Positions 27,138-33,375 of a stretch of 64,000 bases of DNA are shown piece after piece (positions within the stretch are counted from its first letter, which is position 1; each line of letters starts with the position of its first letter). The notes under the pieces were generated by a model that did no database searches, was not told the origin of the DNA, and saw only the letters and a program-made list of their open reading frames with translations. Source of the stretch: an uncultured Actinomycetes bacterium (GTDB lineage: Bacteria > Actinomycetota > Thermoleophilia > Gaiellales > Gaiellaceae). Location of the stretch: NCBI GenBank assembly GCA_963803325.1, contig CAWDLU010000002.1, forward strand, positions 154,982-218,981, written 5' to 3'. Position numbers and translations under genes: made by a program.

Positions 27138-28018
27138 AGCAGCCGCTTCGCGTCGGCGTGCAGCTGCCGGAGGCCGAACGCGAGGTGCGCTGGCCCGAGT
27201 ACGTCGCGATGGCGCGCGCGGCGGAGGGGAGCGGCTTCGACTCGATCTGGCTCGGCGACCACCTGCTCTACCGCGGCGACGGCCGGGAAGAGCGAGGGCC
27301 CTGGGAGATGTGGACGCTGCTCGCTGGCCTTGCCGCCGTGACCGAGCGCCTTACGCTCGGCCCGCTCGTCGCGTGCACGAGCTTCCACCCGCCCGGCCTC
27401 ATCGCCAAGATGGCTGCGACCGTGGCCGAGATCGCGCACGGCCGCTTCGTGCTCGGGCTCGGCGCGGGGTGGAACGAAACCGAATACCGCGCGTTCGGCC
27501 TCCCGTACGACCACCGCGTCTCGCGGTTCGAGGAGGCATTCGAGATCGTCCGGCGCACGCTGGCCGGAGAGCACGTGACGCTCGCCGGGCGCTTCTCGCA
27601 GGCCGTGGACGCGGTCGTGCTCCCTCGTCCGGCCGGGCGCATCCCCCTGATGATCGGCTCGAACGGCGAGCGGATGCTCTCGATCGCGCTACCGCATGTC
27701 GACTGGTGGAACACCTGGTACGCCGGCTACGGGAACACGGTGGACGGTTTCGCGGAGCTGAACGTTCGGATTGGCACGGCTGCCGAGCGAGCGGACCGCG
27801 ATCCCGGTGCGATCCAGCGGAGCGCGGCCGTGCTCGTCGAGCTAGACCCCGACGCCGTCACGCGCCCGCACAGCGATAAGGACCTGCCGCCGGTGGGCGC
27901 CGACGTGCTCGCCGGTCACCTGCGCGATCTGGCCGAGGCGGGCGCCGACGAGGCGATCCTGGTCCTCCGCCCGATCACCGAGGCCTCGATCCGGACCATC
28001 GGTACGGCACTTCGGTGA
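27134..28018 (+). CDS. LLM-class (luciferase-like) F420-dependent oxidoreductase
   Basis: GTG 27134 overlaps the protease stop (GTGA). 'FDSIWLGDHLL', 'GLGAGWNETEYRAFG' and 'PLMIGSNGERML' are typical of LLM flavin/F420 oxidoreductases. Confidence 0.8.
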   Translation: MKQPLRVGVQLPEAEREVRWPEYVAMARAAEGSGFDSIWLGDHLLYRGDGREERGPWEMWTLLAGLAAVTERLTLGPLVACTSFHPPGLIAKMAATVAEIAHGRFVLGLGAGWNETEYRAFGLPYDHRVSRFEEAFEIVRRTLAGEHVTLAGRFSQAVDAVVLPRPAGRIPLMIGSNGERMLSIALPHVDWWNTWYAGYGNTVDGFAELNVRIGTAAERADRDPGAIQRSAAVLVELDPDAVTRPHSDKDLPPVGADVLAGHLRDLAEAGADEAILVLRPITEASIRTIGTALR

Positions 28019-28043
28019 GGCCGGGCCCGTACCGCAGCCGCGG

Positions 28044-28709
28044 CTAGGCGCCGAGCAGCTCGTCGTCCGGAACGTCGCGAATGCGGTGGGCCGGGTTGCC
28101 GACCACGACCGCACGTGGCGGCACGTTCTCGGTTACGACTGCACCCGCGCCGACGAATGCCTCCTCGCCGATCACGACCCCCGGGCAGAGGATCGCCCCA
28201 CCCCCGATTCTTGCGCCGCGGCGAATCGTCGGGCCTTTGATCAGGGCGTGACGGGCCTCGGTTCGTCCCATGAAGTTGTCGTTCGTCGTCACCACGCAAG
28301 GGGCGATGAACACGTTGTCCTCGAGGGTCGAGTACGCGGTGATGTACGCCTCCGCCTGGATCTTCGTCAGCGCGCCGACGGTCGTGTCGTTCTCGATCAG
28401 CGAGCCGCGGCCGACGACGACGTCGTCGCCGAGCGTGACCCGCTCGCGGACGCATGCCTGGTCGCCGACGATCACGCGCGCGCCGATTTGCGCTCCGGCG
28501 AAGACGACCGCGCCGGTGGAGACGATCGCCCCCGCGCCGATCTCCGCAGGCGGCACGTCGTCGCGCTTGGCGGTCGAGCGCGGCGAGAGGACCGGTTGCT
28601 TGCCGACTACGGCGTACTCGAGCACGCGCACGCCCGCGCCGAGAACGGTGCCGGGATGGACGATCGCCGTCGGATGAATGTCCGCGCGCTCAGTCACGGA
28701 GGGAGTCAC
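28044..28709 (-). CDS. Left-handed beta-helix (hexapeptide) sugar N-acetyltransferase, WbpD-like
   Basis: 221 aa of hexapeptide repeats ('IHPTAIVHPGTVLGAGVRVLEYAVVG...'). Last gene of a UDP-sugar operon. Confidence 0.8.
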   Translation of the reverse strand: MTPSVTERADIHPTAIVHPGTVLGAGVRVLEYAVVGKQPVLSPRSTAKRDDVPPAEIGAGAIVSTGAVVFAGAQIGARVIVGDQACVRERVTLGDDVVVGRGSLIENDTTVGALTKIQAEAYITAYSTLEDNVFIAPCVVTTNDNFMGRTEARHALIKGPTIRRGARIGGGAILCPGVVIGEEAFVGAGAVVTENVPPRAVVVGNPAHRIRDVPDDELLGA

Positions 28710-29658
28710 TCAGCCGCTCGAGCGCCCGGACGACCATTGCGCCGTCGCGTGCCACCTGCTGCCGGTCGCCGTCGCCTTCGACCAGGCCTAGGAAGTGCTC
28801 GCACTCGAGCCGCAGCGGCTCGGAGGTCGGGATCTTCGGGATGAAGATGTCGCCGCTCCGCGTCTGCCACTCGCCGTAGGTCTCGGCACGCTTCCACGGC
28901 GCCTTGTCGTAGACCGTCACCTTGCGCTCGAGCTCCATGTCGTCGAAGACCGCCATCTTGTCGCGTCCGACGACGGTCATCCGCCGCATCTTGTGCGGAT
29001 CGAGCCAAGAGAGATGCATGTGCGCGATTCTTCCCGAGGGAAAGCGGAGGTAGCAGAAGACGACGTCCTCGACGCCGTCGGTGAGGAAGTCGCGGCCGTG
29101 TGCGACCGCCTCGGCCGGCTCCTCGTCGAGCAGGTAGAGGATGACGGACAGGTCATGGACGCCGAGCGACAGGAGCGCGTTCTCGTTCGTCCGCACGATC
29201 CCCAGGTTCTGGCGGTTGCCGTAGACGCAGAGCACCTCGCCGAGCTCGCCGGCGTCGATCAGCTCCTTCAGCTTCTGGACGCCGGGGTGGTAGAGGAGCA
29301 GGTGCCCGGGCATCAGCACCAGGTCGCGGTCGCCGGCGAGCGCGACCAGCTCGTCCATCTCCGCCGCCCGCATCGCCGGCGGCTTCTCGACGAGGACGTG
29401 CTTGCCCGCGGTCAGGGCGCTGCGGGCCAGGTCGTAGTGGGTGGGGACGGGAGTTGCGATCACCACGGCGTCGAGCGCGTCGTCAGCGAGCATCTCGTCG
29501 AAGCTCCCGGTTCGTCTCGCCTCCGGATACCTGCTGGCGAACGCTCCCAGGCGTTCGGGCGATGCATCGCAGATCCACGCCAGCTCGGCGAGGTCGTCGA
29601 AGTTGCGGGCGAGGTTCGGGCCCCAGTAGCCGAGCCCGGCGACGCCGATCCTCGTCAC
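28690..29658 (-). CDS. Gfo/Idh/MocA family oxidoreductase, WbpB-like
   Basis: From GTG 29658 (overlapping the upstream stop as GTGA): 'RIGVAGLGYWGPNLARNF', 'GKHVLVEKP'. Confidence 0.8.
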   Translation of the reverse strand: MTRIGVAGLGYWGPNLARNFDDLAELAWICDASPERLGAFASRYPEARRTGSFDEMLADDALDAVVIATPVPTHYDLARSALTAGKHVLVEKPPAMRAAEMDELVALAGDRDLVLMPGHLLLYHPGVQKLKELIDAGELGEVLCVYGNRQNLGIVRTNENALLSLGVHDLSVILYLLDEEPAEAVAHGRDFLTDGVEDVVFCYLRFPSGRIAHMHLSWLDPHKMRRMTVVGRDKMAVFDDMELERKVTVYDKAPWKRAETYGEWQTRSGDIFIPKIPTSEPLRLECEHFLGLVEGDGDRQQVARDGAMVVRALERLSDSLRD

Positions 29659-30917
29659 AGCTTCCAGACCTTTCCGTCCACCTCGCTGCCCTTCGTGGCG
29701 TTGCGGAAGTCGACGATCACCTTGCCGCGGCGAACGACGTCGGCGTAGTCGATCGAGGAGTGCGCGGTGACGATCGCGACGCAGTCGTAGGCCTCCGGCT
29801 CGAGCGGCACGGAGTGGAGACCCTCGAAGTCGGGTACGTGCGGGTCGTGGTAGGCGACGTCGGAGCCGCCGTTCCGGAGCAGCTCGACGATCTTTTCGGC
29901 GGGCGACTCCCTGACATCGTCGATGTCCGCCTTGTAGGCGACGCCGAGCACGAGGATCTTCGAGCCGCGCAGCGGCTTCTGCGCGCCGTGGTTGAGCGCC
30001 TGCGAGATCACCGACCGGCAGAAGTACGGCATGTTGCTGTTGATCTCGCCCGCGAGCTCGACGAAGCGGGTGTTGAAGTCGAACTCGCGAGCCTTCCAGG
30101 AGAGGTAGTACGGGTCGAGCGGGATGCAGTGCCCGCCGAGGCCGGGGCCGGGCTTGAAGGACATGAATCCGAAGGGCTTCGTCGCGGCCGCCTCGACCAC
30201 CTCCCAGACGTCGATTTCCATCCGGTCGCATAGCTGCGCGAGCTCGTTGACGAGCGCGATGTTGACCGAGCGGAAGATGTTCTCGAGCAGCTTCGTCAGC
30301 TCGGCGACCTCGGCGGTGGAGACGGTGTGGACGGAATCGACGGCGCCGCGGTAGAGCTCGGCGGCCGCCTCGGTCGACGGCTCGTCGATGCCGCCGACGA
30401 TCTTCGGCGTCGTCTTCGTGGTGAAGTCCTCGCGGCCCGGGTCGACCCGCTCGGGGGCGAACGCGAGGTGGAAGTCGACTCCCGCTCGGAGACCGCTGCC
30501 GTCCTCGAGGATCGGCCGGAGCACCTCGCGGGTGGTGCCGGGGTACGTCGTCGACTCGAGCACGACGAGATGGCCCTTGCGGAGGTGCGGGGCGATCTCG
30601 CGCGCAGCGCGCTCGATGTACGAGACATCGGGCTCGCGTTGCGGCGAGAGCGGCGTCGGCACCGCGATCACGATCGCGTCGGCGTCGCGTACCACCGAGA
30701 AGTCGGTGGTCGCGGTGATCGCGCCCGAGTCGATCATCGGCCTCAGCTGGTCCGACGGGACGTCCGTGACGTGGCTCTCGCCGCGGTTGATCGCGTCGAC
30801 GATCTCGGTGACCACGTCGACGACGACGACGCGTTTGCCGGCGCCGGCGAACGTCTGTGCATGCGGCATGCCGACGTAGCCCGCGCCGATCACTGCGATG
30901 TCGTACTTCGCGCTCAT
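29655..30917 (-). CDS. UDP-N-acetyl-D-glucosamine/mannosamine 6-dehydrogenase (WbpA/WecC-like nucleotide-sugar dehydrogenase)
   Basis: From ATG 30917: 'YDIAVIGAGYVGMP', 'GGHCIPLDP' (catalytic Cys context) and 'LGVAYKADIDDVRESP'. Confidence 0.85.
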   Translation of the reverse strand: MSAKYDIAVIGAGYVGMPHAQTFAGAGKRVVVVDVVTEIVDAINRGESHVTDVPSDQLRPMIDSGAITATTDFSVVRDADAIVIAVPTPLSPQREPDVSYIERAAREIAPHLRKGHLVVLESTTYPGTTREVLRPILEDGSGLRAGVDFHLAFAPERVDPGREDFTTKTTPKIVGGIDEPSTEAAAELYRGAVDSVHTVSTAEVAELTKLLENIFRSVNIALVNELAQLCDRMEIDVWEVVEAAATKPFGFMSFKPGPGLGGHCIPLDPYYLSWKAREFDFNTRFVELAGEINSNMPYFCRSVISQALNHGAQKPLRGSKILVLGVAYKADIDDVRESPAEKIVELLRNGGSDVAYHDPHVPDFEGLHSVPLEPEAYDCVAIVTAHSSIDYADVVRRGKVIVDFRNATKGSEVDGKVWKL

Positions 30918-31978
30918 GCCGGTGCCGAAGCGTACAGAGCAGCTGCGATGCGGCCCGACGCCTGTCCGTCCCCGTAGAGCGGCGGCGGGTCGGGCGGCAT
31001 CGCCGCGGTGCGCACGGCCTCGGTCAGCCGGTCGGGGTCGTCGTCGACGAGGACGTTGGCGCCCGCCTCGACGGTGTCCACCCATTCGGTCGACGGCCTG
31101 GCGGTCACGCACGGAACGCCGTACCAGTACGCCTCTTTCTGCAGCCCGCCGGAGTCGGTGACGATCACCCTCGCCTGCGAGGCGAGGGCGGCGAAGTCGA
31201 GGTAGCCGAGCGGAGGTACCAATCGGACATTGTCCGGGGTCTGACCCCAGAAATGTCCGATTGCGGCACGAGTGCGTGGGTGGGCCGGGAAGATCACGGG
31301 GTCCTCGATCCGGGAAAGCCCCTGCAAGAGCCGTCCGAGGCGAGGCTCGACGACGTTCGCCTCGCGGTGCAACGTCGCGACCACGTATGTAAAGGGTCTG
31401 ACCCCGGCCGTGTCCAGAATCGCCGAGCGATCCCGGGCGAGCGGGGCGAGCCGGAAGTTCGCGTCCGCCATCACGTCGCCGACGACCTCCACCCGGCCGG
31501 CGATGCCCTCGTGCTCGAGGATTCCGCGCGAGCGCTCGTCGGGAGCGAACAGGAGCTGGGAGAGCCGGTCGGTCTCGATCCGGTTGTGCTCCTCGGGCAT
31601 CGACAGGTCGTAGCTGCGAAGACCTGCCTCGACGTGCGCGATCGGCACGCCCGCGTCCGCCGCCGCTCTGGCCCCGCCGAGCGTCGAGTTGGTGTCCCCG
31701 TAGACGAGCACCCAATCCGGCCGCTCGGCCGCGATCGCCTCGGACAGGCCGGGCGCGAGCGCGGCCAGCATCTCGTCGCGCGCCAGCCCGCCGACATCGA
31801 GCCGGTAGCGGGGCTCTGCAAGCTCCAGCTCCTCGAAGAACACCTGTGAGAGCTGGTGGTCGTAATGCTGCCCGGTGTGCAGCAAGACCTCCTCGATCCC
31901 GCGCTCCCGGAGCGCCACGGAGACCGGCCCGGACTTGACGAACTGGGGCCGGTTGCCGACGACCGACAGCACTTTCAC
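30914..31978 (-). CDS. wecB: UDP-N-acetylglucosamine 2-epimerase (non-hydrolysing)
   Basis: 'MKVLSVVGNRPQFVK', 'HTGQHYD', 'VYGDTNSTL', 'HVEAGLRS', 'PEEHNR' and 'TDSGGLQKEA' are canonical WecB/MnaA motifs. Confidence 0.85.
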   Translation of the reverse strand: MKVLSVVGNRPQFVKSGPVSVALRERGIEEVLLHTGQHYDHQLSQVFFEELELAEPRYRLDVGGLARDEMLAALAPGLSEAIAAERPDWVLVYGDTNSTLGGARAAADAGVPIAHVEAGLRSYDLSMPEEHNRIETDRLSQLLFAPDERSRGILEHEGIAGRVEVVGDVMADANFRLAPLARDRSAILDTAGVRPFTYVVATLHREANVVEPRLGRLLQGLSRIEDPVIFPAHPRTRAAIGHFWGQTPDNVRLVPPLGYLDFAALASQARVIVTDSGGLQKEAYWYGVPCVTARPSTEWVDTVEAGANVLVDDDPDRLTEAVRTAAMPPDPPPLYGDGQASGRIAAALYASAPA

Positions 31979-32001
31979 CCGGGCTACACTACGCAGCCCG
32001 C

Positions 32002-32074
32002 GGGCCGTTAGCTCAGTTGGTAGAGCAGGGGACTCTTAATCCCAAGGTCGAAGGTTCGAATCCTTCACGGCCCA
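32002..32074 (+). tRNA. tRNA-Lys (anticodon CUU)
   Basis: 73-nt cloverleaf folded by hand. Acceptor GGGCCGT/ACGGCCC plus discriminator A, D-arm GCTC/GAGC, anticodon loop CTCTTAA (CTT at positions 34-36), T-arm GAAGG TTCGAAT CCTTC. CCA is not encoded. Confidence 0.9.
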
Positions 32075-32107
32075 ACGCTCGCCGCGACAAGGCCGCGGGC
32101 TCGCTCG

Positions 32108-32136
32108 CACGGGGGGAACGGCCGGTTCCCCCCGTG
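32108..32136 (+). terminator. GC-rich hairpin downstream of tRNA-Lys
   Basis: 11-bp perfect stem CACGGGGGGAA / TTCCCCCCGTG with a 7-nt loop. There is no U-tract, so the terminator function is inferred. Confidence 0.4.
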
Positions 32137-32374
32137 GACCCCCCCTCCCTAACCTCCTTCGCCCCCCAGGGGCGTTCGTGTGCCGCGCCCGCCAGGGTCG
32201 GTCGCGGCGGAGGAAAGGTGTGCCAAACGCGAATGGGTGGTCCAGGACTGCACTTCGCTCGGCGAGAGGCCGAGCCCGGTCAGGTAGCTGACTGCTGCGG
32301 CCGATCTGGAGTCAGAATGCGACCGGCCGCTTACAGGCCACTGACAGCCGGCAGACACGGCTTGGAGGCAGAGG

Positions 32375-32690
32375 ATGGAGTTCCGGATTCTTGGGCCGCT
32401 CGAGGTGCTCGATGGAGATTGCTACCGGTGCCTTCGGCAGTATGGCCGGCCGCGCGATGATCGGCCAAACAATGATCAACGTCCGGGTCAGCGGCGCTTG
32501 CACCCGTCTCTCGACCTTCGCCGCCGGCGTCTTCCTGCTCGTCCTCGTCGCGGTCTTCGGTGGCCAGGTTGCCCAGATACCGATGTCCGCACTGGTCGCG
32601 GTCATGATCATCGTCGCGGTTTCGACGTTTACAGCGTCGCTATCCACCAGCGCCTTACCGGCCAGCTTCGTCGGGCCGGCCGAGGACTGA
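32375..32690 (+). pseudogene. Chimeric gene remnants: SARP-type regulator N-terminus (about 15 codons) joined to a SulP-family permease internal fragment
   Basis: '[15 protein letters not shown]' is the stereotyped start of SARP/AfsR-type regulators. The overlapping frame gives '[68 protein letters not shown]', which matches the distal TM region of SulP sulfate permeases. Neither is full length. Confidence 0.55.
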
Positions 32691-32722
32691 GAGCGCTACG
32701 GCCGAAACAGAATCCGTGAGAT

Positions 32723-33355
32723 GTGTGCGGATTTTCCGGCTACGATGCGGCGCATCCTTCGGCCACTCCGCATCCGTTGACGGCCGCCGGCGGTTCCTCG
32801 ACGAGGCTCGCACAGGAGCTCGGCAGCCTGGTTGACGAGCTGGGCCTCGACGAGCGCCAGAAGCACTTCATGCGCGCGCGGTGGCTCGACCAGGTCCTGT
32901 GGCTCGAGCGGAAGGCAACGCAGGCCCAGCAGCGCTACTACGTGCTCCGGCTGGTCGGCATCGTCGGCGGGCTCGTGGTGCCCGCGCTCGTCAGCCTCAA
33001 CCTTCGCCGCGCCGACGTCGCATCGACGATCGCGTGGACGACCTTCTCGGTCAGCCTGGTCGTGGCGATCGCGATCGCGGTCGAAGGGTTCTTCAACTAC
33101 GGCGGCCGCTGGCGTCGCTTCCGGCGCACGGCCGAGCAGCTGAAGGGCGAGGGCTGGCAGTTCTCCGGGCTCGCCGGTGCATACGCGGCCTACCGCACGC
33201 ACGGCGCTGCGTTCCGGCCGTTCGCCGCCGCGGTCGAGTCGCTGATCGCCCAGGACGTCGAGAGCTACCTGACCAGGGTCGCGCGCGAGCAGCATCGTGC
33301 CGTCGAACCCAAAGGGCAGGAGCAACCCGGCGGCGACGCCGAGCCGACGCCCTAG
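32723..33355 (+). CDS. DUF4231/SLATT-like two-TM protein
   Basis: 210 aa. N-terminal helix 'KATQAQQRYYVLRL', two hydrophobic helices ('VGIVGGLVVPALVSL', 'TTFSVSLVVAIAIAVEGFF'), then 'GGRWRRFRRTAEQLKGEGWQF...AY', the W..[YF]R...E.L..E pattern I associate with DUF4231/SLATT. Stop is 20 nt before the TIR gene. Confidence 0.7.
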   Translation: MCGFSGYDAAHPSATPHPLTAAGGSSTRLAQELGSLVDELGLDERQKHFMRARWLDQVLWLERKATQAQQRYYVLRLVGIVGGLVVPALVSLNLRRADVASTIAWTTFSVSLVVAIAIAVEGFFNYGGRWRRFRRTAEQLKGEGWQFSGLAGAYAAYRTHGAAFRPFAAAVESLIAQDVESYLTRVAREQHRAVEPKGQEQPGGDAEPTP

Positions 33356-33375
33356 CCTCGAGCTCGCGGCGCGCC

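Noticed and set aside
31225-31258. Possible REP-element insertion disrupting wecB.
   Set aside because: The wecB frame is uninterrupted. The spacing between conserved motifs (HPRT... to ...PLGYLDF) matches E. coli WecB to within one residue by my count. So there is no inserted segment, and the palindrome is embedded in normal coding sequence.
32017-32460. 147-aa ORF starting inside tRNA-Lys.
   Set aside because: It overlaps the tRNA and the downstream hairpin. Its composition is low-complexity and it has no motif. It is better explained as non-coding junction DNA plus gene fragments.
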